A stretch of DNA of 64,000 nt, taken from the NCBI GenBank assembly GCA_963805625.1, contig CAWDVE010000019.1, positions 512,001 through 576,000 on the forward strand, given 5' to 3'. The DNA is from an uncultured Candidatus Rokubacteria bacterium (GTDB taxonomy: Bacteria > Methylomirabilota > Methylomirabilia > Rokubacteriales > DASRDR01). Positions 18,304-27,852 of the stretch are shown here, piece by piece. The notes below the pieces were generated by a model. It was given only the letters and a program-made list of their open reading frames with translations, searched no databases and had not been told where the DNA came from. A program made the translations under genes and the position numbers. Numbering within the stretch: position 1 is the stretch's first letter; the number at the start of each line of letters is the position of its first letter.

Positions 18304-18831
18304 ATGTCGCGAGACGTGGAGCGCGCTGCGGAGGACCTCCTTGGCCGAGCCCGCCAGGAGCTTGCCGTAGCCGAGCAGGACGAGGCCGCGGAGCGTGCGG
18401 TGCTGATGGGCCTGATCGATCGGGATCGCCATCTCCGATACGCGATGGAGCAGGCGTCCACGACGATCCGGACGACCCGGGACGTCGAGGGCCTCCGTCA
18501 GATGCGTGCCCGGCTCGACACCCTCGAGCGGGAGCGCCACGCGCTGATGGCGAGCCGCCGCGAGCAGGAGATGACGGTCGATCAGCGGCGAGACCGTACC
18601 CGGACCACGCGGCTCGCGGTGGAGGAGCTCGAGCAGCGAGCCCTGCGGCTCCGCGAGATGATCCGCCACACCGAGCACCAGCTGATGATGCGCCAGCGCA
18701 CCATTGCCGAGCTCGAGGGTCACGTCCTGCGCCTTCTCGACGAGCTGCCCCGCGTCCGGACCTTGCACGGGGAAGCCGAGGCGCGCCTGGCCGGGCTCCG
18801 GCGCGAGCTCGCCGAGCTCGACGGCAGCTGA
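18304..18831 (+). CDS. hypothetical coiled-coil protein
   Basis: 175 aa, E/R/L-rich heptad pattern, high GC3 codon usage. Confidence 0.7.
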   Translation: MSRDVERAAEDLLGRARQELAVAEQDEAAERAVLMGLIDRDRHLRYAMEQASTTIRTTRDVEGLRQMRARLDTLERERHALMASRREQEMTVDQRRDRTRTTRLAVEELEQRALRLREMIRHTEHQLMMRQRTIAELEGHVLRLLDELPRVRTLHGEAEARLAGLRRELAELDGS

Positions 18832-18861
18832 CTCGCCCCCGGGAGCCCCGCCCGGGCGGGC

Positions 18862-20472
18862 TCAGTTGATCCGCTTCTCGCGGTCCCCCCACTCCTTGTT
18901 CCGCAGCACGAACTTCTGGATCTTTCCGGTCGACGTCTTCGGCAGGTCCCCGAACTCGATCGCTGCCGGGCACTTGAAGTGCGCGATGTGCTGGCGGCAG
19001 TGCTCGATGATCTCGGCCTCGGTCACCTGCGCACCCGGCTTGAGCGTCACGAACGCCTTGGGGCGCTCGCCCCACTTCTCGTCTGGGATCGCCACGACCG
19101 CGCACTCCATGACCGCCGGGTGTTTGGCCACGGCCTGCTCCACCTCGATAGTCGATATGTTCTCGCCGCCCGAGATGATGATGTCTTTCTTCCGGTCGCG
19201 CAGCTCGATGTAGCCGTCGGGGTGCCACACGGCGAGGTCGCCCGAGTGGAACCACCCGCCCCGGAATACCTCGGCCGTCGCCTGCGGGTTCTCGAAGTAC
19301 CCCGTCATCACGTTGTTGCCGCGCATCACGACCTCGCCGAGCGTCTCGCCGTCCATGGAGACGTCCTGCATCCCGTCGTCGACCACGCGCACGAGGTCGG
19401 CGATGACGTACCCCTGGCCCTGCCGGGCGGCCAGGCGGGCCCTTTCGTCCTGGGGCTGGGCATCCCACTCCGGGTGCCACGCGCAGACCGTATGGGGGCC
19501 GTACGTCTCGGTGAGCCCGTAGACGTGCACGGGACGGAAGCCGAGCCCCCGCATCTTACCGAGCAGGGTCGGGGAGGGAGGCGCCCCCGCCACCGCGGCG
19601 GTCACCGGGCGGACGAGCGGGTGGGCCTTGGGGTCGTTGACGATCCCGATCTGTACGGTGGGCGCGCCGCAGTAGTGGGTGATGCCCTCGGCGTCGATCA
19701 GGTCCCACACACGGCCGGACTCGACCCGCCGGAGGCACACGTGAGTCGCGCCGAACGCGGTGACCCCCCATGTGAAGCACCAGCCGTTGCAGTGGAACAT
19801 CGGCAGGGTCCACAGGTACCGGGCGTCGAACGAAAGCCCGGTCTCCAGGGTCTCGCCGATGGCGTTCAGATAGGCGCCCCGGTGATGGACCATGACGCCC
19901 TTCGGCCGGCCGGTCGTCCCCGAGGTGTAGTTGATCGAGATCGTCTCGTACTCGTCCTCCAGCCAGGGCTCGCACGGGTCAGGCGAGCCGGCCGCCAGGA
20001 AGTCCTCGTAGGGGTCGCCGGGGGCGCCGGTGTCGTCGATGCGCACGACGCGGAGCCCGGCCGGAATCGATCGCAGCGCGGGCTCGAATTCCCGGTCGAC
20101 GAAGAGGACCTTCGCGCCCGAGTGCTCCAGGATGTAGCCGATCTCGTCCCCGCTGAGCCGGGTGTTGATGGGGACGAGGACCAGGCCGCCTGCGGGCACC
20201 CCGAAGTGCGCCTCCAGCATCGCCGGCGTGTTCGGCGCGATGATGGCCACGCGGTCGAGATGGCGGAGCCCGAGCGCGCGCAGGTGCGACGCCAGCCGGT
20301 TCGCTCGCTCCTCGAACTGGCGGTAGGTGTACCGCCGCGCCCCGTGGATCACCGCGATCCGGTCAGGGAACACGTACGCGCTGCGACGCAGGAACGAGAC
20401 CGGCGTCAGCTCGGTGCGATAGGGTTGCCGCTCCCGATCGACCCCCACGACCTTCTTCGCGTTCGGAGACAT
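18862..20472 (-). CDS. acyl-CoA synthetase (AMP-binding)
   Basis: YTSGTTGRPKG, YGLTET, WFHSGD, DRKKDIIISGGEN, PKTSTGKIQK. Confidence 0.92.
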   Translation of the reverse strand: MSPNAKKVVGVDRERQPYRTELTPVSFLRRSAYVFPDRIAVIHGARRYTYRQFEERANRLASHLRALGLRHLDRVAIIAPNTPAMLEAHFGVPAGGLVLVPINTRLSGDEIGYILEHSGAKVLFVDREFEPALRSIPAGLRVVRIDDTGAPGDPYEDFLAAGSPDPCEPWLEDEYETISINYTSGTTGRPKGVMVHHRGAYLNAIGETLETGLSFDARYLWTLPMFHCNGWCFTWGVTAFGATHVCLRRVESGRVWDLIDAEGITHYCGAPTVQIGIVNDPKAHPLVRPVTAAVAGAPPSPTLLGKMRGLGFRPVHVYGLTETYGPHTVCAWHPEWDAQPQDERARLAARQGQGYVIADLVRVVDDGMQDVSMDGETLGEVVMRGNNVMTGYFENPQATAEVFRGGWFHSGDLAVWHPDGYIELRDRKKDIIISGGENISTIEVEQAVAKHPAVMECAVVAIPDEKWGERPKAFVTLKPGAQVTEAEIIEHCRQHIAHFKCPAAIEFGDLPKTSTGKIQKFVLRNKEWGDREKRIN

Positions 20473-20545
20473 CCGGTCACCTCCGTCCAGGGATGGCCGC
20501 CATCTTACCTGAGAGCGAGGGGCGAGAGGCCGCGCAGTTCCGACC

Positions 20546-21210
20546 CTACGGCTGCCAGAAGCGCGGGTAGAGCCCGAGCAGTTGGGGGAGGACGGACCGC
20601 ACCTCGGGACGGCGGCGGGCCTCGACGTAGCGCGCCCGGATGGCCGGGTCCCGGAGGTTTACCACCCCTTGGAGGCAGCACATGATCGACTCGGGGTCGT
20701 CGGTGTGGGGAAGGCCCAGCGCGTGGCCGATCTCGTGCGCCGCCACCTGGAACAGGACCGTCTCGCGCGAGGTCGCGCCCATCGCGGTCGGCTCCGCGAG
20801 GTCGATCCGGACCGGGAGGCGAATCACGCCGGCGTCGTCCACGTCCAGGTGCGCGTAGCCGAGCGGCCGGTCGGTCGCCACCGGGACGAATCGGATCACG
20901 ACGTCGGCTCCCTCCTCGCGGTCCTGCCAGCGGAACAGCTCGACGCCGAGCCCTTCCCGGGCGACGGCGTTCCAGTCGTCCACCGCGCGGCGGAGCGGCG
21001 CCTCGAGCGCGGCGTCTCGCGGCGGGACGAGGTGGACGGCGAGCGGCAGGCGGTCCCGCGAATGGCCGATAGGCCGGGCCGTGTCGACCGTCTCCGACGC
21101 GCGGGCCCCACCGGCCGCGGCGAGCGCGCCCGCGAGCAGGAGCAGGGTCAGGGCGCGGCGAGCGGCAACGGCGGCCCGCGTGGCGAGGGCTCTGGAGCGG
21201 GTCGGACCGG
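20546..21210 (-). CDS. secreted matrixin-like (metzincin) metalloprotease; start uncertain
   Basis: HEIGHALGLPH plus SIM Met-turn; signal-like ALTLLLLAGALAAAGGARA. No canonical start seen just before the signal. Confidence 0.7.
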
Positions 21211-23952
21211 TTACGGCAGCGGTCCGGCGACGACGACCGTCGCCCGGTCCGGATGGAGGTGGGCGCGCGCCGCCTCGTTCACCTGCTGGACGGTGACGGC
21301 CCGGTAGTAGCCCGCGTAGCGGTCGATGTAGTCCGCGCCGAGGTTGAAGAAATCCATGGCCCACAGGATCTCGGCGACCCCCGCGCTGGTCTCGAGCCTG
21401 AGCGGGAAGCGACCGGTGAGGTAGGCGACTGCCTCCTCGACCTCGCGGGGCGTCACGCCGTCCCGGCGGATACGTTGGATCTCGGACTCGAGCGCGGCCA
21501 CTGCCTTTCGGGCGTTCGCGGGGTTCGTGCCCAGGGCCACGCGGAAGGGGCCCGGGGAGAGGCCCGCGTCGAAGTAGCCGTAGACGGAGTAGGCCAGACC
21601 CTGGTCGTCGCGAATGGCCGTGCTGAGCCGGCTGGTCAGCGCGCTGCCGCCGAGGACGAGAGCCATGACCTGGGTGGAGTAGAAGTCAGGGTCGCTCCGG
21701 CGGAGTCCGCCGGCGTGGCCCCAGATGATCGTCGCCTGGCTCTTGTCCGGGATGGGGATCTCCACCGCCCCGGGCGCCGCCTGGAGCGACAGGTCGGGTG
21801 GGACGATGGGCCAGGTCTCGGGATTGCGCGGCCAGTCGCCCAGCCGCTTCTGGAGCGCCTCCCGGACCTGCTCGGGCGCCACGTCCCCCGCCACGACGAC
21901 GATCATCCGGTCGGGGCCGTACTGGCGGCGGTGAAAGGCGACGAGGTCGTCCCGCGTCGTCGCGGCGATCGTCTTCTCCGATTCCTCGAAAGTCTCCGGG
22001 CGGAGTATGTGGCCCGGCGGATAGACGGCTCGGTCGAAGGCAAGCCCGGCGACCCGGTCTGGATTCGTCTTCGCCTGGGCGATCCCCGCTAGCGCCTCGC
22101 TCTTGAGCCGATCGAAGTCGGCGGCCGGAAACGTGGGCTGCCGGAGCATCTCGGTGAAGAGATCCAGCACCAGATCGAGGTCCCGCGTGAGCGCTTGGCC
22201 AGTGATGGTCGTCACCAGCGTGTCGGCGCTGGCTCCGAGGCCTGCGCCCACGTCCTCGAGCGCCGTGGCGAAGCCGAGCGCGTTGCGTTTCTCGGTGCCG
22301 CGGCTCAGCATGGCGGCGGTGAATCCCGCCACGCCGAGCCGGCCCGGAGACTGGGCGAGCGACCCCGCCGGGACGCTTGCCCGGAGCGCGACGGTCGGGG
22401 TCGCGTGATTCTCCTGCACGATGACGGAGATGCCGTTGTCGAGCGCGAACCGCGTCACCTGGCGGTTCGGCGCCCGGGTTACGGGCGCGCGGGGCAGGGG
22501 AATGGGCCGGTCGCCGCGCTTCGGCCGCTCGACCCGGGCCGACGCCTCTCGCGGGGGCGGCGGGGCGGGCCCGCCGCCGTCGGACGGGACGAAGTGCCCG
22601 ACCGTGCGGGTATCGACGCTGAACGTGCGCCGGGCCACCGCCTGGACGTCGGCCGCCGTGAGAGCCCGGATGCGATCGAGGTAGGTCGTGAGGTAGCGCC
22701 AGTCGCCGATCATGGCCCAGTAGCCGAGCTGACGGGCCTGCGCGGTCACGCTGTTCGTCTGGAACACGAAGTCGGCCTCGGCGCGCCGCTGGGCGCGGGC
22801 CAGCTCCTCGTCGGTGATGGGAGTCGCCGTCACGCGCTCCACCTCCTCGAGGAGGGCGGTCTCCAGCCGCTCGGCCGTGACACCAGGGCGGGCGGTGGCG
22901 CTCACGGAGAAGAGGAAGGGATCCCGGAGGCTCGGCGATCCGGCGTCGACGCGCGCCGCCACGCCCTTCTCGACGAGCGCCTGGTAGAGCCGGCTCGTCC
23001 GCCCCTCGCCGAGTACTCCGGCGAGCACGTCGAGCGCATAGGTGTCCGGATGCAGGGCGGGCGGTGCCTTCCAGGCGATCAGCGCCATGGGCAGGGATCC
23101 CGAACGCCGCACGGTGACGCGCCGCTCCCCGCGCTGCGGGGGCTCGACCGTGTGGACCTCGGCAGGCTTGGGAATCGGCTTGATGGGGCCGAAGTACTGC
23201 CGGACCAGCCGGAGCGCGTCGGCGGCCGTGACGTCACCGACGACGACCGCGACCGCGTTGCCGGGGCCGTAGTGCGTCCGGTAGTACTGGTAGATGGCGT
23301 CCCGAGACACGTTCTCGACGTCGCTCCGCCAGCCGATCACCGGCCAGTTGTAGGGATGGGCCTGGAAGGCCACCGACACCACGGCCTGCCACAGGAGCCG
23401 TCCGGGGCTGTTCTCGCCGCCCTCCAGCTCGCTCCGCACCACGGTCATCTCGGCGTCCAGGTCCGCCTTGTCGATCCGGCTGTTGACCATCCGGTCGGCC
23501 TCGACGCGCATCGCGAGGTCGAGCCGGTCGGCGGCGATCGTCGCGTAGTAGTTCGTCCAGTCGTAGTAGGTGCTCGCGTTGAAGGCGGCGCCGTTGAGGG
23601 ACAGGGTCCGGGCGATCTCGCCCAGCCGGTATTGCCGCGTACCCTTGAAGAGCATGTGCTCGAGGAGGTGGGACACCCCGGTGATTCCCGTGTGCTCGTT
23701 GCGCGACCCGACCCGGTACCAGACGCTGAAGCTGACGACCGGTGCGCTCCGGACCTCCTTGACGAGCACGGTGAGGCCGTTCGGCAGCACGGTCTCCTGG
23801 ACGCCCGTGGTCAGAGCCGACGCGGCGGAGGGGGCGGGCGGGGTGGCCCCGCGCGCGGCGCCGCCGACGGCCCCCAGCAGCGCGAGCAGGGCCAGGAGGG
23901 CGGCGAGTCGCGGAGTCGGACGACGGACTCGCAGGACGCGGGGCGGGCTCAC
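21211..23952 (-). CDS. M16 family (pitrilysin/insulinase-like) zinc protease, exported
   Basis: HLLEHMLFKG (HxxEH), NASTYYD, second inactive M16 half, IRDDQGLAY; signal peptide. Start set at GTG 23952. Confidence 0.9.
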   Translation of the reverse strand: MSPPRVLRVRRPTPRLAALLALLALLGAVGGAARGATPPAPSAASALTTGVQETVLPNGLTVLVKEVRSAPVVSFSVWYRVGSRNEHTGITGVSHLLEHMLFKGTRQYRLGEIARTLSLNGAAFNASTYYDWTNYYATIAADRLDLAMRVEADRMVNSRIDKADLDAEMTVVRSELEGGENSPGRLLWQAVVSVAFQAHPYNWPVIGWRSDVENVSRDAIYQYYRTHYGPGNAVAVVVGDVTAADALRLVRQYFGPIKPIPKPAEVHTVEPPQRGERRVTVRRSGSLPMALIAWKAPPALHPDTYALDVLAGVLGEGRTSRLYQALVEKGVAARVDAGSPSLRDPFLFSVSATARPGVTAERLETALLEEVERVTATPITDEELARAQRRAEADFVFQTNSVTAQARQLGYWAMIGDWRYLTTYLDRIRALTAADVQAVARRTFSVDTRTVGHFVPSDGGGPAPPPPREASARVERPKRGDRPIPLPRAPVTRAPNRQVTRFALDNGISVIVQENHATPTVALRASVPAGSLAQSPGRLGVAGFTAAMLSRGTEKRNALGFATALEDVGAGLGASADTLVTTITGQALTRDLDLVLDLFTEMLRQPTFPAADFDRLKSEALAGIAQAKTNPDRVAGLAFDRAVYPPGHILRPETFEESEKTIAATTRDDLVAFHRRQYGPDRMIVVVAGDVAPEQVREALQKRLGDWPRNPETWPIVPPDLSLQAAPGAVEIPIPDKSQATIIWGHAGGLRRSDPDFYSTQVMALVLGGSALTSRLSTAIRDDQGLAYSVYGYFDAGLSPGPFRVALGTNPANARKAVAALESEIQRIRRDGVTPREVEEAVAYLTGRFPLRLETSAGVAEILWAMDFFNLGADYIDRYAGYYRAVTVQQVNEAARAHLHPDRATVVVAGPLP

Positions 23953-24107
23953 ACTCCCAGTATAGGGCCTCGCACCACGCGCGGGCCGGGTGATGCCGTC
24001 GTCGAGGCCGGCCGGGGGCCGAGCGAAGCGTGGTATCTTGAGGCGGTCGCCGCGCCGCCCGGCCGGCATGTCTCCGACGACCCCCAAGCGACGAGGATCA
24101 GGAATAC

Positions 24108-25685
24108 ATGAGCACCCAGGAGAACACGCGCCCGGCGCCGACGCTCGGCCTCACCCCGGATGAGATCGCGGTCCGCTACGCGACGCTCCAGGCGAAGCTG
24201 GTCCCGCTCTGGAAGTCGATCGCCAGCCTGAACCGAGATCCCCAGACGATCGTCGTCGTCCCGTCGATCACGCTCGACGCGCTGAACATGCCGTCGTCCG
24301 TGCTCCAGGCCATGGAGGAGCGCTTCCTCTTCATGCTCTTCCTGCTCCGCCAGCCCAGCGCGCGCATGATCTACGTCACGTCGCGGACGATCTTGCCTGA
24401 CGTGGTGGACTACTACCTCGGGCTCCTGCCCGGAGTCATCCCGGCCCATGCGCGGGCCCGCTTCTTCAATCCGGTGCCCCACGACAGCACGTTGCGGCCC
24501 CTGTCGCTCAAGATCCTCGAGCGGCCGAGGCTTCTCGCCCAGATCCGGGACCTCATCCCGGACAAGGACCGCGCCCATCTCGTGCCCTACAACACCACCG
24601 AGCTCGAGCGGGACCTGGCGATCCGGCTCGGCATCCCCATGTACGGCGCCGATCCCCGGCACTTCGAACTGGGAACCAAGAGCGGCTGCCGGAAGCTGTT
24701 CGGCCGGGCCGGCGTCTCGTATCCCTTCGGGGCCGAGGACCTCCGGACCGCCGACGACGTCGTCGAAGCCATCCGCCGGCTCCGGGCCGCGCGACCGGGG
24801 GTGCGGTCGGCGATGGTCAAGCACAATGAGGGCGTCTCCGGGGCGGGCAACGCGGTGGTGAAGCTCGAGGGGCTGCCCCCGCCCGGCGACGCGGCCGAGC
24901 GCGCCGCCATCGTGGAACGGGTCGACGCGATGCAGTTCGAGAGCCCGCGCCAGCGGTACGATTCGTACATGGCCAAGCTCGGCGAGCTGGCCGGGATCGT
25001 CGAGGAGCGGGTCATCGGCGAGGAGATCCGGAGCCCGAGCGTCCAGCTTCGCATTACGCCGCTCGGCCAGCTCGAGGTGCTCTCCACGCACGACCAGGTG
25101 CTCGGCGGGCCCAGCGGACAGAGCTATCTCGGCTGCCGCTTCCCGGCAGATCCCGCCTACGCGGCGGTCATCACGCGGGACGCGGTGAAGGTGGGGCAGG
25201 AGCTGGTCGGAGAGGGCGTCCTCGGGCGCTTCGCCTTCGACTTCGTGGTCGTCCGGAACGGCGGGGCCTGGACGCCCTACGCGATCGAGCTGAACCTCCG
25301 GAAGGGCGGGACGACCCACCCGTTCCTGACGCTCCAGTTCCTGACCGACGGGAGGTACGACCCCGAGGCGGCGACGTTCACGCCGCCGAGCGGTCGGCCG
25401 AAGTGCTTCGTCGCGACGGACCATCTCGAGTCGGAGCTGTACCGCGGCCTCCTGCCGCAGGACGTCTTCGACATCATGGTGCGGCACGGGCTCCACTTCA
25501 ATCAGACGAGGCAGACCGGGGTCGTGCTCCACATGCTGACAGCGCTCTCGGAGCGGGGGCGGCTCGGACTCACCGCCGTCGGCGAGTCACAGGCGGAGGC
25601 CGACGAGATCTACCAGCGGGCCGTCGACGTCCTCGACCGTGAGGCCGAGGAGGCCATGCGGCAGGACCCGCTGCCGGCGCTGTGA
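24108..25685 (+). CDS. ATP-grasp peptide/amide ligase, PGM1-related
   Basis: VVVPSIT, EERFLF, KHNEGVSGAGN, SPSVQ, STHDQVLGG, AIELNLRKGGTTHP. Confidence 0.75.
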   Translation: MSTQENTRPAPTLGLTPDEIAVRYATLQAKLVPLWKSIASLNRDPQTIVVVPSITLDALNMPSSVLQAMEERFLFMLFLLRQPSARMIYVTSRTILPDVVDYYLGLLPGVIPAHARARFFNPVPHDSTLRPLSLKILERPRLLAQIRDLIPDKDRAHLVPYNTTELERDLAIRLGIPMYGADPRHFELGTKSGCRKLFGRAGVSYPFGAEDLRTADDVVEAIRRLRAARPGVRSAMVKHNEGVSGAGNAVVKLEGLPPPGDAAERAAIVERVDAMQFESPRQRYDSYMAKLGELAGIVEERVIGEEIRSPSVQLRITPLGQLEVLSTHDQVLGGPSGQSYLGCRFPADPAYAAVITRDAVKVGQELVGEGVLGRFAFDFVVVRNGGAWTPYAIELNLRKGGTTHPFLTLQFLTDGRYDPEAATFTPPSGRPKCFVATDHLESELYRGLLPQDVFDIMVRHGLHFNQTRQTGVVLHMLTALSERGRLGLTAVGESQAEADEIYQRAVDVLDREAEEAMRQDPLPAL

Positions 25686-25748
25686 GCCCGCCGGCCGCCC
25701 AAGCGGACCTGTCCCCGATCAAACTCCGCGCGACGCGAGCGTAGCCCG

Positions 25749-26246
25749 GTGAGCGAGAACTGGTCGGACCCGGAGCTGCTTCGCGCCGTCTTCGAGGGTA
25801 CCGAGGTCCTCCGGAAGCCGATCAGCGGGATCATCACCGGACACCACGTGCTTCCGTACGTTCTCGTCGGGCCCCACTGGGACCAGCCCGGCCGGTCGGT
25901 GGAGGTGCGCGGCCGGATCCGCGTCTCTCCCCGCCTCGTGGTTCCCGTCCGCACGGACGGCCCGACCTATGGCGACGTGTTCTCGGACCGAGAAGTGATG
26001 CACCAGGCGCTCGTCGCCCGGGTCTTCAGCTTCAAGTACGCGCCGAAGGTGCTCGTCGAGAGCGAGGACCTCCGCATCCAGCGTCAGGACCGCGCGCCGC
26101 AGGCGCACCTCGAGCTGGTCCTCGACGAGCTGCTCCGCCAGGAGGTCATCAACACCGGTGTCATCCGCTCCCCGGACGTCCGCTACTATCCCGTGTCCAT
26201 CGACCGGTTCATCCGGGAGATCCTCGATCAGGAGTTCCGCGACTAG
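25749..26246 (+). CDS. conserved hypothetical protein
   Basis: 165 aa globular-looking ORF with strong GC3 bias; no motif recognised. Confidence 0.7.
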   Translation: MSENWSDPELLRAVFEGTEVLRKPISGIITGHHVLPYVLVGPHWDQPGRSVEVRGRIRVSPRLVVPVRTDGPTYGDVFSDREVMHQALVARVFSFKYAPKVLVESEDLRIQRQDRAPQAHLELVLDELLRQEVINTGVIRSPDVRYYPVSIDRFIREILDQEFRD

Positions 26247-26372
26247 GGCAAAGCAACCAGCCCGGCGCGGGAGAGGAGAAGCTGTGAAGGGTGCCAACCC
26301 CCGAGCGGAGTGCGATAGCGTCTCAGTGGGTGTGGGACGAGATCGCGAACCGCTCACCGCCAGGAGGTTGGC

Positions 26373-26642
26373 ATGCACTACTGTGGGCGGGATGTCTCGC
26401 GGAAGTCAACGCATGTGGCCATCGAGGACGCACAGGGGCGACGAGTGCAGCGCAACTGCTGGCCCATCTGCTGTGGGTGGGCGGCCTTCCCGAGCCCGTG
26501 CACGTGCCGAGTCACCGGACCCGGGAGCTGCGGGGGTGGTTGGTGGCGCGGCGGCGACTGGTGCACATGCGGACGAAGCTGCTCAACGTGGTCCGCGGCT
26601 TGGCGTGGCAACAGCGGATCGAGCTGCGGGGACCGGAGGGCG
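26373..26642 (+). pseudogene. IS110-family transposase remnant (internal deletion, frameshift, truncation)
   Basis: GGAGG RBS, then MHYCGRDVSRKSTHVAIEDAQG (first DEDD Asp motif); another frame gives AQLLAHLL...VHVPS...ELRGWLVARRRLVHMRTKLLNVVRGL. Confidence 0.75.
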
Positions 26643-27692
26643 TCAGGGCGCGGGTCGGCCGGCCTCCTGCCGCACCCACTCGTCGAACGGCCCGGAGACA
26701 CGGACCACCTCGTTGAGCAGCCACAGGGAGCGCGAGACGAGGACCAGGAGGAGATCGCCCGCGATCCCCGCCTTGCGGGTCTCCGGCGTGACCGGGACGA
26801 ACGCGAGGCCCCGGAGGAAGCTGCCGTTGCGGGTGGTGGCGAAGTCGAGGCGGCGGCCCTCGGGTGTGACCGCGAAGACCTGACCCGTCCGCCGCTGGAC
26901 CACGAACAGCGCCCCTCCCGGGCTCTGCGAGAAGCCGGCCGGCAAGGGTCCCTGGAGAACCGACTGCACGCGGCCATCGGGCGTGATGCGCGAGATCTCG
27001 CCGCTGCCCGCGCCGAACGGGGTCTCCGCCGTGCCGTCGCCTCCCACCCAGAGGTTGCCGGCCTCGTCCATCGTCAGGATGCGCGGCCGGAGGACCGTGG
27101 CGTGGCGACGGCTGACGAGGTTGCCGCGCGCGTCCAGGCGGACGATCGCGCCCTCCTCGCGGTCAGTGACGTAGAGGTCGCCCGTGGAATCGATCACCAC
27201 CCCCTCGGGGTGACGCAGGACGGGCTCCGCTCCCGGCGCGGGCCGTCCGCCGGCGAAGAGCACCGGCTTCCCGTCGAGGAACCGGTAGAGCGCTCCCAGC
27301 CGTCGCTCTCGATCGTAGGTCGTCACCCACACCGGCCCTCGCGGCGCCACGGCGCCGATCTGTGGGTTCGGCAAGGGCGGTCCGTAGAGGTAGCGCTTCT
27401 CGTTGTCGGGAGTCAGCCGGGCTCCGCCCGCGGGAACCCGGTAGATGGCCGAGAGGTCCTCGATGTCACCCACGCGGAAGCGCGCCCCCGTCCGTGACAT
27501 GTAGAGAGTGCCCGCGGCGTCGAGGCCGAGCGTTCCCACGGACGGAATGCCGCTGACGCCGCGCTCGCCCGAGGTATCGAACCCCTGGCCTGTCACGTAT
27601 ACCTCGCTCGTGAAGCCTGGCGGGAGTCCGATGTCGGCACGCGCGGGGGTGGTGAGGAGGAGGAGCGCGAGGAAGCCGAGCCACACCGTCAT
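26643..27692 (-). CDS. secreted beta-propeller (NHL / SMP-30-like) protein
   Basis: Signal peptide; repeats such as PEGVVIDSTGDLYVTD and PRILTMDEAGNLWVG. Confidence 0.75.
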   Translation of the reverse strand: MTVWLGFLALLLLTTPARADIGLPPGFTSEVYVTGQGFDTSGERGVSGIPSVGTLGLDAAGTLYMSRTGARFRVGDIEDLSAIYRVPAGGARLTPDNEKRYLYGPPLPNPQIGAVAPRGPVWVTTYDRERRLGALYRFLDGKPVLFAGGRPAPGAEPVLRHPEGVVIDSTGDLYVTDREEGAIVRLDARGNLVSRRHATVLRPRILTMDEAGNLWVGGDGTAETPFGAGSGEISRITPDGRVQSVLQGPLPAGFSQSPGGALFVVQRRTGQVFAVTPEGRRLDFATTRNGSFLRGLAFVPVTPETRKAGIAGDLLLVLVSRSLWLLNEVVRVSGPFDEWVRQEAGRPAP

Positions 27693-27852
27693 CCGGATCC
27701 TCCTGGGACGCCGTGCATCGGCGCGTGTCCGTCGGGAGCGCAGTGGTGCGGCGACCCTGGCTGAGTATACGCCCGTCGACCGGCTGTCCAGCGGAGTACG
27801 ATGGGACGACGCGCGACCGCGCGGGACGGCCCGCTTACCGAGGAGGCGACTG

